This document shows positions 1-14,110 of a DNA stretch of 64,000 bases, piece by piece. The stretch is from Phoronis australis (taxonomy: Eukaryota; Animalia; Phoronida), in assembly GCA_002633005.1 (NCBI GenBank), contig NMRA01000289.1, positions 91,516 through 155,515 of the forward strand. The letters are read 5' to 3'. The number at the start of each line of letters is the position of its first letter. Within the stretch, counting starts at the first letter, position 1. A program made the translations under genes and the position numbers. The notes beneath the pieces are model-generated. The model was not told the origin of the DNA. It searched no databases and was given only the letters and a program-made list of their open reading frames with translations.

Positions 1-2984
1 AGCAATGACACAACTTCAAGTGCCGTGAAGTACAGGCTGTGGCGCAAAGTGTTATGGGTGAGTGTTCAGAATTCCTCGTCAGCGACAACTAGAACCATGC
101 GCGCACTCAGGGAGGGGAGTTCCGGGGGCTGGAGCCTCCGCCCNNNNNNNNNNNNNNNNNNNNNNCCCCCCCCCCCCCCCCATTTCACAAAGTGGGCAAA
201 GGTCCGCCTTAGAGAAACAAAAACTCAGAGAAAGTAGAAAACGAGACAATAGTTCACTAAAAAGGCAAGAATTACCAAAATTCCGTGATGCACAATTTAT
301 AGTTCTGAACGTACCCCGTAAATTTTAGCAAAAGGTCTACATTCCCAAAATTCGAGTCCCCGTTCTATAGGCTGGGTGCTCGCATGCTGAATATATTAGT
401 AGGATAGGGGTTACAAAACGTTATTTACCCGAGTGCACGAGCAGGATGTAAAAATAAACACACTGCATTCTGGGAAATATAGGTCATTTGGCACATAAAG
501 AATATTTATTCGCCAGCAAAATCGTAAGACGCCTACATTTCTCAAAGTTAGTATTTGTTGATTGAAAACAGACTTGATTCTGAAAAAGCCTTAGTAAATT
601 TTATCTAGTTTTTATTCCAAATAATTCAAAACAAATACCATAAACGAAACAAATAAGGGTTTAGCAACGTTAATGATGATGATTTCTGTGACCTGGCCCA
701 GAGTAAGATATTTGCACTCGAAATCGAAACCAAGAATATTTTTGACTTTTTCATTCCTGCGTTAGTACAAAATCCAGATAATTGTCCATTATTCTATGCT
801 CGAGTATACATTATTGTTTATGGAGAGGAGTTCCTAGTCTAAGTTCGCACTTTTTGACCGCAACAAACCTCGAAATTACAAATTCAGCATATGGCTTAAA
901 AGGTGGGTGATCAAGAGTGAAGAAGTAGGATTCAACAGTCATCCATGTAAACAATAACATACTCGAGCACTGGAAAGTAGTCAATGATCTTGAGAGTGCA
1001 TTAGACTATAAAGTAGAACGGAAAACGTTAAAAACAATTTCGAGTTCGATTTAGTATATAAATATTAGATCTTTGAGACCAGGATAAAAAATCTTTGAAT
1101 TAGAGCTCAAACTTCAAATTGTTTATGACGTCGTGACACTCGTAATAGTCGAAATATATGACGTAACCTTTATTAGACGAGAAGCACGGGCCTTTGTTTC
1201 AAGAAAACCTACCACATGGTGACAGGTACATATCTCAAACCCTGTAACTTCAATATTATGTCCATTAATGACAACACACTTTAATGCAAGACGGAATCAC
1301 AGAATAGCGACTGGTGTCTTTGAAGTCATTGGCACTGTGCCGGTGGGGGCTGCTCACTCAAAGTAAAATCAAAGTCTCCTTTTAAACTAAAGACATCGGG
1401 GTCCAGTGAACCAAGAATTATCTGAGTTCCTTGTGTGCTCTGCTTCACTGGTTGGCAACAATAGATTTCCAATGTCAGACAGCAGTTTGGCGGAGTAGCT
1501 GAATCGGGGAACTAGCGTCTGTCCAGCAGTTGTTGCATGATAATTGAGAAATTATGTGGGAACCCAAAACGACCTTACATCTTATGCGGTGAATGGCTTA
1601 CGCACAGCATGACAAAAAACGCGCGACTTTTTGCACTTGGGTAAAAAATGCAGGTAAACACTTTAACACTGTGACATTCAGAGCAGCAGCGAGTGCAGTA
1701 GTGACTGTGAATACTTTGTAGGGACAGAGGAATTCTGAATTGCTCCGTTCAATGAATGAATCTTGCGGAGACATTGAAAATTTCGAACCTTCTATCGGAA
1801 AATAGTTCTGTATATTTTGATCAGGAGGTTTCTTAGCCCGCACGTGAAACTGAAGATAGAAAAACGATGCCGATAGCCACGGAACCCGCCACGTTCATTG
1901 TTTTCGAGTGAAATGTGGAAGTTTGGACAATAAAATAAATCTCAAAAACTTTGGTCTTTAAACAAATTGATATTTCTTATTGTCGAAAACTTGCACATTT
2001 TCGGAGCAAAATTTTCCTACAAGTTTTCAATTGACTTTGTGTTTAGTTCCATCTGATTTTTTTCTTGGTTTTGCCATCAATTTGACGTAGCGACGAGTAA
2101 CTTTATGAACGCCCCGCACCAGAATGGAGAACTTGACCAAGCACCTTTTGTATGACCTATATTCTACAGCTGCTGACGTCACACCGCCGCTTATAGTTCA
2201 GGTAAAAACTCAATTTGATTATTTTACAAGATTTATTGTATTTGATTATCTTTGTATTTGATCTTTTTTCTGGGAATATTAGTAACATTCCATTATAAAA
2301 TGAAAAAATATTATTAACAGGATTCCTTGACAACGAAATAGGAAGTTACGTTAACACCGGAAAGAGTTGTCCACTGCAAGAAATTCGGATTATTTGAACG
2401 ACTCGTCGGCGGTCGCAGTGGTCAAATTCATGAAATATTCCCGCATTTAGTCCAAGCAACTACATCAGTTCCGTAGATTTTCTTAACGTTTTCATCTTAA
2501 ATCTTATGTTATTGAAAATTATTTAAAAACCGATACTTAAACAAAGGAATGATTCAACGTCGGAAACAAAGATTTATTCTTCCCCACACAAATTTGCCAC
2601 TCACCAGTAACATACACATCCTCGTTCATGAACTCTAGTGGCCTGTGGCAAATAGCACGCTGATTGATTGATTTGAACATTAAAAATGCCTGTGACCGAC
2701 AAAACTGCAGAGATGTTGTTAAGCGTCATCCATCAGACTGGGTCCGATTTATTTTCAGACTGTGTTATGTAGACAAAATTCGTGCTGTTTGCCCTTCATG
2801 TACGATTCTAGGCAAGGAACACTACGTTCGAAAGTTTTATTTCTTTTTCTCTGCCCATCAGTTTAGGCCAGTTTGGTAGGCATTCTTCAATTTTACTGGG
2901 TGTTGTTTGTGTATTTTTTTACTTAGACGGATATTATTGCCTGCTTCTGGTGTATTTCTCACGTAATAAGACAATCAAAATTGT

Positions 2985-3181
2985 ACGGAAGTCCAACACT
3001 GCCGTTTTGAAAGGAAGACAAGTATTTTATTATTTGGCAACCGCCACTTAATTATCGTTAAAACGAATAGATTGAACGACTTCTATAGTGCCGTTTTCGG
3101 AGGCCAGCAAATAATTCTGTGGCGGCCGACAGATAATAAAATATTTTTCTTTTCTTCAAAACGGCACTATTGGGCTTCCGT
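2985..3181. repeat. Imperfect palindromic element (~65-bp arms)
   Basis: ACGGAAGTCCAACACTGCCGTTTTGAA...TTTTATTAT...CCGCCAC mirrored at 3119-3181. Confidence 0.7.
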
Positions 3182-5756
3182 GAAGTTGAGTTCTTCTCAT
3201 TAATTTGTTAGGAGCTTCTTAGGCTGATCTATGATTGCCCCTTTGAAAAAATATCATGCCGTTCAGAATGCTTTACTTTGACAGCGGCAGTGCGTGACTG
3301 CAGGGCAGTGCGCGACGAGGCGAGTAATTCCGGCACTTTGGAGACCAGTTATGAAACGACATGCACATTTGCCACATTGTAGTGAACATTGAGTCCTGTC
3401 GTCGGCCACAAAAAGTCTTAAAAAGTCTGTAGACTACCTTCACAAACCGAGAAATGTTCCAGATACAGATGTTGACCTAGATCATGGTGATAACGCGGCT
3501 CAGTCAACGACACGCAAATTATACGCGAGCATTGTACATGTACCGGATTTTTACGGGCACTGCCATGTGAGTTCCTACAACTCAGCTCCAAAATTGAGAA
3601 TAGGTAGTTATCAACAGGAAGAATGAGCTTGGAATGGCATAATTAATTACCATTTAACAGTCCAGGGGATGTGTTTCTAGAAATGTTGGTTTTAACTCGC
3701 CTTATTCCTTATACAGTGTAATAGGAAACGCAACTGACTTGGTAAGTTTACGCACGCTACCTAATTTCATATTCAAAATGGTGCGCGAAACCATTAACTC
3801 GATGTTGTGCAGTTTCTGCAACAATTCGTGCTTCGCAAAGTGTCTTACCGTTAACTGTACCAACTTCACAACGCTGAATTTTGACCAACTTTGCGAAAAT
3901 ATTGACCATAACAAAGCTGTACAAGCTCAAGGCATGAGTCTGAGAGAAAACGTTAGGCTCGGCTCCAGAGCCCATGTATGATTGAACATTTGAATCGCTA
4001 ACTAAAACACTTCAGACTGTCTATTTCATGGGAACACCTGTCTTTGCTGCTGAAAATTTTACCTCTACGTTAGTTTTTTTTTTTTTTAACTTAGTCGATG
4101 AAAATCGCAATCGTTTAATTCGATAGTTACCACATGCTGTTTACAGACATCTGTATACTTCTTTTTCGCTGGGGTTTTGAAAGCTGAGCGAACGTACAGT
4201 GTCAATTGGCGTTTTACTGATGTAAAAATACTTTTATTTGCCTTAAAACAATTTTCGAACGATCTTGGACCATTTCTTTCATCACCAGTACCCATTTTTC
4301 CTTAAAAGGGGGGGTAGTTGGGCCATCAATGTCACATTATATATATACATAGCTGGTGTCTTGATAATAAGTCGCTGGGAAATGGAACGAGATTTTGAAA
4401 TGAGCAGCAAAACCCCAATCAGCTGTACGGTAGGCAAACTATTCAACAAAATTTGTATAAACAGCATTTTTGCATATGTTTTATTTGATACGAAAAATGA
4501 ATTTGAATTCATAATGTACAACATAATTTTAAAGCCATTGAATAAATAAAAGGTTTATGTAATGTCAGTGACATTTAACTGAACTCTCCTATGAGATAGG
4601 CGTATACACCACGGCATGGCGCCGTGGCTGTTGGGGTACCAACGCATATCCAATACAGGCGGTAACAAGACGTGTATGGTCTGAATTTTAGACAATCTGG
4701 ACTGTATAAACATCTCCCCAATGGTGAATTTTGTCTGGTTGATTTTCAAGCATACCGACATTTAAGACACGCAGGTAAGTCTAAACCATGAAGTGGGGCA
4801 AAATATCAAACGAAAAGGATAAAACTGGTGCAACGAAACTACCGTCCTCTGTCTGAAGTGAAATGCAGATTACAAAAGGAGTTAAACATATATGGTTTGA
4901 AGTTGAGAAAATACTTCAGTCTAATAGCGTTCCCGTCGTAGCACGACGTACCAAAATGATGGTGCACAATTGTGCGTGCCTCGCGTGTCCAAAGCCGTGC
5001 TATTCGACGTTCACCTGGGTTTGTAGGTACACAATTGCTACAAACGCATAAGTTAAATAAGCGCTCTCTAAATGACGCCTGAAACGAGCCAAGCCGGTGT
5101 ACAATTATATTCAGGACTGTGGCCGCTCTCTTCCGATGTGCAGCCTTTGTAGCGGTGCGCACGCGTAAATTCCACTGCTGACTTAAACATGTGGAGCGCA
5201 CAACCCCAGAAGTAAGGACTCGAGAATTTCTTGGAGACTTAAAACTACCTAGCTTAAGGACAAGTCGTGATCGCCATTTTCACTTGTGATCTCTTTTGAG
5301 ATAAGAAATGAGACGCACACGGACAAAATATCCAGGTCGCGATCGTCTGCCGGGGCCTTGCGCGCAATCAATGAGACCGATCAGGCCCGCAGCGCGATAT
5401 TGTTTACGGATATACATGAAAAAAGTTTTTCTACAACAGCGTGAGTTAAGTTCATTGTTTGAAGAATTAGTCGATGCTTTACCATGTTTTACATTGGTTC
5501 AATACCTGGGTCGTCGTGATAACGATCAAAGATCTACGCTGCTGTTCCATTTGTTATGTTCGAAGGATACTTTACGTATTTACGTTCTTGTTTTGGATTG
5601 TAATTGCGGTACCAATTCAGTCAAGTCTACCTTCGGCGATGTATGCGATTGGTGACGTTCCTTGAGCAAAGTAATTAATTGTTGGCTGAATTTTCACCCG
5701 AAATTCTCAACCGACGATCAGCTGTTCAGGCTATGATTAGTGTGGAAGTGTGCCGC

Positions 5757-6129
5757 TGGTTCCCTGCGTGTCCTCTAGGGAGAAAGGCACACGCAAGTAT
5801 CATTTAATTTTAATCGGAAAAGTTTATACACCGGCGTTTCTGATTGGCTGGTCGAATTTTCAACAGGTAGCGCTTTATACGTACACAAATAGCCTAAACT
5901 GCAAGGTAGCAAGTAACTGTACCCGTTTCTTTCTGACATTATTGATACTGCAGAGAGAACACTTGATACGCAAAGATATGGACAAGGCTGAAAATCGTAC
6001 AGAGTACACCATATTCCTTGTGTGTGTAAAGCTAAAGAATGAATGCCGAGGTTACATCAACACAATAAAACGCGTGCTGCTGGATGACGCCTGCGTGTCC
6101 CTTCCCCCTAGTGCACACGCAGGGAACCA
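5757..6129. mobile_element. MITE with ~46-bp TIRs
   Basis: TGGTTCCCTGCGTGT..CTAGGG.GAA.G..ACACGCA at left and its reverse complement at right. Confidence 0.75.
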
Positions 6130-6482
6130 ATGATTTGAATATACAGTGTACTATTGGACGGTGATTGGTCAAGAAGATGAAGGGGTTTCCGATGCGTGAA
6201 CATAAAAAGCCGAGATATGTACAGTGCGTCCTAATTGATTAGTGAATGTTTGGAATAAAACGAAAAAAGATATGTTATTTAAAAGTACGTATGTTCAGTA
6301 TATCTAAAAAGCACTTCAATGTTGGGGTCATCAAGTGCTTGCATAGAAACGTTTCTGTACAAACCTTTCTCGAGCACACAATTATCACGATTTCTTACTA
6401 AATGTAAGTTTGAGATCGGAGGGGTCTAGCATTCAAATCAGTACATTCCACTGCCAGAAGCAACAGTTTTCAGTATACCAAC

Positions 6483-6590
6483 CTGTAGTCACGCGTTCAC
6501 ACCTTGATCCTCCGACAAAAGGCGGACACTTGCACGTACACTGTTTCGTCACAAATCCTTCATTTTCACAGGTTCTGATGGAACAACCAC
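6483..6590 (-). CDS. Astacin exon 7 (EGF-like domain)
   Basis: cttgaag|GT GGT TGT ... ACA G|gttggt; (R)GCSIRTCENEGFVTKQCTCKCPPFVGGSRCERVTT. This is the CxNxGF...CxCxCP...G..CE EGF module that follows the protease domain in BP10/SpAN/NAS-type astacins; phase 1 fits exon 6. The acceptor is weak. Confidence 0.85.
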
Positions 6591-6798
6591 CTTCAAGTAC
6601 ACAGACATCAATCCTAAATAAAACTTTGGTTACGTTACGTTTTTGAGCCCAGAAAAAAGCAAGTAATGATATTGTAGGTGTACATTATATAGTACGTAAC
6701 ATACGGACTAGTTCTCAAGTTTTGGTACGAACCTCAGTCAGGTAAAAACTGGGAGAAACCTCGTAGAAGGGAAGATCACGTCACCAGTTGGACTGAAC

Positions 6799-6955
6799 CA
6801 GTGGCGAATTTACAGGGGGCCAAGAGGGCCATGCCCCCCTAAAATTCTCAAATATTCCATTTGGCAGTTCGATTGCCGTGCGAATGTCTGACGAGCAAAA
6901 TCCTGGCAAATGCTCTGCCCAGCTCCCCTAACTCAAAGTCCTGGATCCGCTCTTG
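6799..6955. mobile_element. CAGGGGCGGATCCAGG-type MITE, short form
   Basis: CAGTGGCGAATTTA...CCTGGATCCGCTCTTG; homologous to 31861-31996. Confidence 0.75.
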
Positions 6956-7141
6956 TATACTCCTGGATGAAGAGACACAGGGGTCGGTTTTCTGAAACTT
7001 TTTCTGTCTAAGCTTAGATCGAAACCCTGCTAGTCTCGTTTCATGAAGTTTCTTAAGACCAAAACTCAGACCGAAATCGGTCTAAACTAGTACAGAAAGT
7101 TCTCCTGATCCTTATTTGGTTAAAGGTTGAACAACAGATTT

Positions 7142-8385
7142 AAACAAGAAAGATTATTGTCACGGCGTGAAAATAACGGACTCTGCGCGTGCGTATTACT
7201 GGAATTATTATGGGAAGTTACTGACAGCAACCCGTTTACCAATATGAAAAGGAATTCTTTAAAATCGTAAGAGAAATTACATATTAATTTTTTGATGACC
7301 TTTCCACTAATTGACCTCTTCCGATGCATTATGTGCCCCGATGAGCGAGTAATTGTTAACTCGATTAAAAGTGTGGTTAATGCTAATAATCACACATGTT
7401 TTACTTTAAGCACTTCAGAATACAAGATGAATGAAGTGGTCAAACTTTCAGAAGAAAATTGCACCTAATGACCCCATGGGTGCACCAAATGACCTGAAAA
7501 TTTAGAATTCAAACTCAATCGCACTTAGTAAACTAATACGTAATTCTGAAGTCTCTAGCGCAAAATTGTAGTTTGCACCCAATGACCTTTGGCCTATTTT
7601 TTTCTGATTGGTTAGGCCTATTGCGAAGTAAAGTAGGGTATTTAATTGCAATGTTGAGTTACACCAGTGTGCTGAAATAGAAAAGAATTCCTTGAAAAAC
7701 GTAAGAGATGTAAAATTTTGAACGTTACACGACCTTTGCACTAATTGACCTTATCCGGTGCATTTTAAGCATCTTTAGGAGAATTATTGCAAAGCCCATG
7801 GAAAATGTGTTTAACGCTGAGAATCACAGTTGTCTAACGGTTGACACATCAGAATACGTGGTGAATGAAAACTACAAATTTTCAGAAGAAAAATGCACCT
7901 AATGACCCCATGTTTGCACTAAATGACCTGAAACTTTGGATTCCGATTTGATTTACCTGTGGCAATTAGACCTGTCAATTTGAAGTGTTTAGCTCAAAAT
8001 TTTAGTTTACACCTAATGACCTTTGACCTATTTCACCTGATCGGATGACCCGATTACTTAGTAAAGTAATTTTTTAAATTGTCATGTTGAGTTATACCTG
8101 TGCACCGAATTTAAAACTGAAGGAGGAGTAGCATTTTGAAAATTATATGACCTTTGCACCAAACGACCTCTTCCGGTGCAATATGGAATATGATTATATA
8201 ACCAATCAAAATTTATATACTGTCAAAAGTCCTGTGCCGAATTTAAAGACCGTACCTGCACCCATTTTGGAGTTATTAAGCCCCAAAGTTGGTCGGAAGA
8301 AGAATAAGAAGAAGAATAAGAATATGAATAAAATTGAAGAAAACCCAGGAACAACAGTACTCTGCGCTTACACGGCTCAGTCATT
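7142..8385. mobile_element. Helentron/HINE (pearl/DINE-1)-like element with ~430-bp tandem core repeats and microsatellite
   Basis: About 2.4 units starting GACCTTT(C/G)CAC at 7297, 7731, 8149; many TGACC motifs; (AAGAAT)n at ~8298-8335; ACTCTGCGC repeated near both ends. Confidence 0.6.
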
Positions 8386-9999
8386 TGGGTTACGTAAATT
8401 ATTAATCCAAGGTACCGTTCTTGAAAAAGCAGTAACTGTTTTACTGCTCTAAAAACAAAAAGATTTCCCGATGAAATATCCGACGCACGGTGATCACGCG
8501 GCTATTTTTTGGGCCTCGCAGAAGTTTCATGCATGTAAATAAGTAAAGCTTAGTAGCGTCACTGACCAGCAAAATCAGCGAAAATCTAATTCAAATCCAA
8601 GGAAACCGTTTGGTTTGAAACTTAGTCGATGAGTACACCAAAGGTCCCAACACAGTCATACACAGCGTATGTGCGCAAAGGAGCTACGCCCATCCCAGGC
8701 GATCCAACAAGTCTTTGAACAACTTAATGAGTCCATTCAAGTATATATGGACATCTTCGTGAGGGAGAACACTGTCGAGAATCATATTCTATTGCTGGAG
8801 CAGCAAGCCAACCTTGAGGCTGTGACTAGAATAGGGAAAGCTGTTGTTTCCAGACTATATTACACAATTGCACTACTCAGCGTACATGTAGACGAAAAGT
8901 TAGCCTTGGTACAAAGCTGTATATAAATATACAGCTTTGCACCGGTGTGGTTAAAAAGTGGCAAGATAAAATCTGACACAAAACTAGTGTCATTAAAAAC
9001 TAGTCTTCCTTGAGTAAACAAAATTATTTAACAGTGTTGGAAAAAATGGCGTTCTACCGTTATTCTGCTGCTAAAGTTGTGGAGCGATCTTTAGCGACGG
9101 CTTTCGGCGCCATGAAATATTGCGTCACCTATTGGCCAGTTTCTTTTTTCGCCGATTCTTCAAACAACTGCTGTTCTTTCACGAGCTTGCGTACACGTCA
9201 CAACAAATTGTTTGAACTGGTTTCACTTCATTATAATTTTTTAGAATTCCGATACCGAAAAACCGAATTTCAGAACAAATTTTGCTTCTCCGAAGTTGTC
9301 GCGAAAATTTAGGAAATGGCGCGTGCGCGTGACACGAGCGTATTGTTTTCGAAACGACGACATACTTTTCATTGTTAGAAAAGCCGGAGAGTTACGCAAG
9401 AAAATGACGTTTACTGCATTGTTTTTCACTTAAACGGCTGTAACGAGCAAGGTGAGTATCGGTTGATTACCAGATTTTGCATGCACCCCGTCTGGTCTTT
9501 AGCTTTACATTTTGATACAAATTTCACGGCGCGGTGACGAGCATAACTACCCTGGCTGTGTGCAATTTCGGGGTCTACGGAAGAAATACACGCAGCGGGA
9601 CGTAGCTGTATTTTGACGACAGTCATCATACAGCTAACTGGCTGGCTAACGAAAAGTGAACCTCCAGTCCTCCGCCTCACGTCAGAGCTGATGTAGCTCG
9701 TATTGTAAGGTTTGCATATCAGGTTGATGTGACCGGAATCCATGTCAAAATAGAAGTGGCTTTGGAAGCAAAACTATAAGGTAAAATTTCTGGATTTGCC
9801 TACTGCCTACCAGGTCTCCAAATCGTACCTACGAAGTCTCGACGCTTTATACTAGTATTCCCGTTTCCACACTTTCGAAACCATCGGTGGCAGGTGTGAC
9901 TACAGCTGTTAATGATTTGTTAAGCGCCTGCATTTGCGGAGGAAGTTATGTCTTCAGTGACTGAAGAAATTCGACGAAAAACCGACTTCATTCAATCAA

Positions 10000-12900
10000 T
10001 GGAATGAGAAAGTGATTGGTATAGTCAGAGAAGTTTCTGTTGGTGTACAAAAAGAGGTTTGCCGATTTCCTCGATGCCTCGGTCAGGGCTGTAGAGAGTA
10101 GGCTTCAAGAGTGAGGCGTTCGTACCCTAGAGTTCCCGTGATGGCGCTGGAGAGGATCAGTACTAGATATAATACCCCTGACAATAGGATTAAGAAACCG
10201 CCTCACGTGTTTTCCTAACATCGAGCTCCCTCGAGATCGCGAAGCCTTATAGACAATGGCAGACTTAGTTTCTAAGACAGATTTACTGAAACGCGACAAC
10301 AGTGATGCTCTACTTTTTCATAAACGACATTGCTGTTGACATTAACACAATTGTCTGCAACAGAAGCTCCCAGAAGCTGAAAATTCTATAATGTGAGACA
10401 AAATTTTCGACAACAACCTACGTCACAACATGGATTTTCCCCATTCAGGCAATCCACGGACTTCATCCAGTCATTCTGAACAGTTTACAAATACCCTGGT
10501 TTCGTCGTAAAAGAGCGTTTAATAACCCTCAAATCAAAAAACAGGTTATCTTCTGGGAGGCATGGGCTAGCTGTGTTCCGGAGAAGCAACTGGGAGAGTG
10601 CCCGATCTATAACCAAGCTCCACACCACCTGAGTTAATATGACGTTTGACAGACAGAGTCTTGAAGTGAAGCGCAGTTTCGTGGACCAAATAAAATATGG
10701 TTTCGGTGTTGCAAATCCATTTCACACAAGGACAAGCTGTGTCGGGCGCAGGTCCAATGTGCCAAGAGTGAGAGCACCGATCCTATCACAGCTCTTTATG
10801 ACTCCGTTGGGCTCCGAAAGAAATATATACCTGCCTCGTCAACGCATGGAGAGGAGAGCAGTGGTAACCAGGTAGACTCAAAATGTAGATCCATCTGGGG
10901 AGGGGTTTATTGATGCAGATCTTGAAATATTCTTGACCGGAAAATCTGGTTAACACTAACGCCACGCTAAACGAGAACTGCAACCACACACTGGCTGCTC
11001 CTGAGCTGATGAACCCCACAACCTCACATCTTTTTGTCCAGAGCTCAAAATCTGTTTGATAACAAAATGGAATTTTGTCCATATTTCAACCATGTGTCCT
11101 GAACATTAACGATTTCCGGAGACGGTCGAATGTATAAGTCAATGCAAACGCAGAACATATTCGAGAGGCGCTTCAACAATGAAAAAGTAGGGCTTTCTCA
11201 AGAATATATTGCATTCCTAAATTTGATGGAGGATACGATGACAAGATATAGCCAAGGGTTCTAGACATCCCCTTTCCTTTTTCTCACCTTGCTAACAGCA
11301 GCTCTGAAGTTGCAATTTGAGCTCGTATAGACCTAATTCACGCCGACAGGAGGCGTGTTCCAAAACGAGGCTCGCTACGATAGATTTGTTGGCTTATCGG
11401 CATACTGGTTGTAGTTCCGCGTTGCTCGAACGGCTAGAAAAAATACGGACACTCAACTGTCTGTTTTACATTCCCTAAGGACGTTGAGATTCGGAAGCGT
11501 TGGGTCGTTGTCATACGTCGCCACGAAGGAAAATATGTCCGTGATAAATTTTTAATGCTTTCGAAGAGTTGGATCATATTTTGTCGCATCTCAGTTGCCG
11601 AGCATCATAGCAACGACCGGAGAATCTTCGGCCAGCCAGGCTGTTTTCATGACTGCGGATTGAAAGATGATGCGCATTTTTCTTTTCAAAAAATGTCATG
11701 GCCCTCAATCCCTCGATTTTAATCGGCCCTATTCCACTCTCAAAAATATTGAAAATCCCCGAAATTCCCCCCAAGAGGCCCTAAAAATTCTCCTCGTGAT
11801 TGAAAAGTTCTCTCCCGCGAAGTTCAAATCACTTGTAACCTCACTGGTGACAATTTGAAAGAGCACAAAATGGTATTTAGGACAGAGCCTATGAGAGCTT
11901 GCAACAGGGCGGGGGTGCTATTAATGATGATCGGAAGGTAGGTTTTTCTCCTCACTCGGCGAAAAAAATGCCCCTCTCGGTCAGAAAGCACAAACCCCTT
12001 TCCCCTCGGATGAACGAGGCCCATAATTGCTTAAAGAAACATGATAACTATGCTTTCTCTGTCCAGTTAACTGAAATTGAGTTCTAAAACGAGGTTATGT
12101 TTTGGACGTACGAATTAGCTGTTCTAATTTTAAAATTCAACTTGGTCCAGATTGATATTTGAAACTTAACACATGAAATAGACGTAAGCGTTATTAAAAC
12201 TAAGAAAGCAGAATTGATGGTCAAATAATTACTTGTGAAGGAGGCAAAGGGATTGAATGAGAACCTGGATATATTGTGAAAGCGAATTCTGGGGCTGTGC
12301 TCGTTTTAATTTTATTTCAAAGTTAAAAAAATGGTCAAATATTTTTTTATTTTCAATTACAAGCCTGGGTTTTTATTTTAATCAAAAATATATTTAATAA
12401 CATCAGTTATTCTTTCAGGTCAATGACAAATCAATCGGTAGTCCCCACCCCACCAGGACCTAGGCTATGCTTTATGTTAATATTCTTGATCAACAAATTA
12501 AACCAGATGTGACTAATTGCACATGACAGCAAAATGCGGAGCCACTTCTGTCGAATATATTTTCAACTCGTCAACAATACGAGCAGATAACCTGGTTCGT
12601 GTAGAAAGCATTTTAATCAACAATTTACAAGAAGAAACGTAACCCTACATTCAGCATATTGCCTAATCCGTAACACTACGATCGCTGCAGTTTAGTCATA
12701 TTTACTTTTCATTTTTTTAACCTAGTTTTCCGAAAAAAATTATACCCTTTCGTCAGACAACTCTTTGGTGTATTGACTTGTTCTCTAATGTTTTTTTCTA
12801 CGTCTCTGTGGTAAATTCATCGACACATTTTTAAGATTTAATATCCAGGTTGTACTCGAAAGACCGGCCAGTTAACTCACGCATTGTCAACTTCCGCTTT

Positions 12901-14110
12901 GTTTATCGCAGTGAGCCTCGCTTTGGATTTTAATGTCCGCCGTGTGAATTAGGTCTATATTAGATCCTAGTCTCAGATTGGTCAAGTTTGCTTAAACAAT
13001 GTGCTTCTGAGTCGCCCAATGTGACTAACTCTTTGCTATCCATAGTTCCCGCTTCCGAAAAGACGGAGTTGCAGAATTAACTGACATCGAGAAGATGTTC
13101 TATTCCTTCTTTGTAACGAGTACCACACGGTTATCACCTATGGGACGCTATCATTGTTTCCTTTGTTGTGTCTTTGCTGGATATAACAATACAGGTCGCA
13201 TGGGTATCGTACCTTGGGTGCACATCAGCCGTTTACCGTTATCATTATTATAAGAAAGAATAACAAAGTGAACGATAGATACGCTTATCTACCGATATAT
13301 ATGTGACTAGTTTGTGCCCTAGTTTCCCAACACAATGACCCACAGAACTCTCTCATAGAGTATAGCAAGTGAGCACGCGCGTTTGGAAATTGTCCTTTTC
13401 CAAACTTTTGGTCTCAGAAGAAGCGTTGACATGAATACTTTTATTCATTTAGATCTCTGTGTAGACGATGCCTTGACGTCTCTTTTTTTACGTTCAAGAT
13501 GACATAAGTCTTCTAATGAGAACCCAACTAGCTCCAAAGCACAACACAAAACATGAAGTTTTAAACGATAGGTCATACCAGACTTCCCCAAGATCACCAC
13601 TAAATAGGATTGGGAATAGCACGTCGATGGATCCTACATTGATCTTCGGGAGACATGAACTACTCTCTTTAAGACATATTCATACCTTGCATGTACAGGA
13701 CTCATTCGTTGAGGAAATGTGAAGAGACCCAGCTCCTTGTCGCCTGTGATGCATCACAGTATGCAGATGCGGCCGTCTCTTACCTAAGAATTCCTATCAA
13801 AGATGGTTTCGGCATTTCATTTGCCTTTGGCAAAGTGAAGCTGGCTCAACCACAAGGACACACGATTCCACGTCAGGAACATTGCGCCGTATTCCTTGGC
13901 GTTGAAGTGGCAGTCTGATCGTGTCTCAGACTAAACATCGCCAATGTTCGTTACCACTGCTATAACTCTCGCTTACTTGAACAGTCAATCCAGATGACTC
14001 TACTACTACGTAGGGCGCCGTATTTAGATGATCTTGCGCCAGATCAAAGCCTCACAGTGGTTTCAAGTCAAGTGTCCAGAGAATCCGGCCGACGGTGAAG
14101 GAAAACACTT
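10000..14110 (+). mobile_element. Highly decayed BEL/Pao LTR retrotransposon internal region (boundaries approximate)
   Basis: Fragments NIFERRFNNEKVGLSQE..FLNLME (~11155), LNNVLLS and RFRKDGVA..TDIEKMFYSF (~12990-13110), VDD (~13462), CDASQYADAAVSYLR...FGKVKLAQPQGHTIPR (13740-13900), QWFQV..PENPAD (~14055-95). No LTRs seen. Confidence 0.85.
11327..12958 (+). mobile_element. Non-autonomous TIR DNA transposon with THAP remnant (ISL2EU/PIF-Harbinger-like), copy 1, inserted in BEL relic
   Basis: (AT)AGACCTAATTCAC...GTGAATTAGGTCT(AT) termini; VVPRCSNG*KKY...FTFPKDVEIRKRWVVVIRR THAP relic at ~11410-11530. Superfamily assignment is inferred from the termini. Confidence 0.78.

Noticed and set aside
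360-1000. Scattered CTCGAG/GAGTGCA inverted motifs suggesting a Crypton-like element
   Set aside because: Could not define consistent termini by eye.
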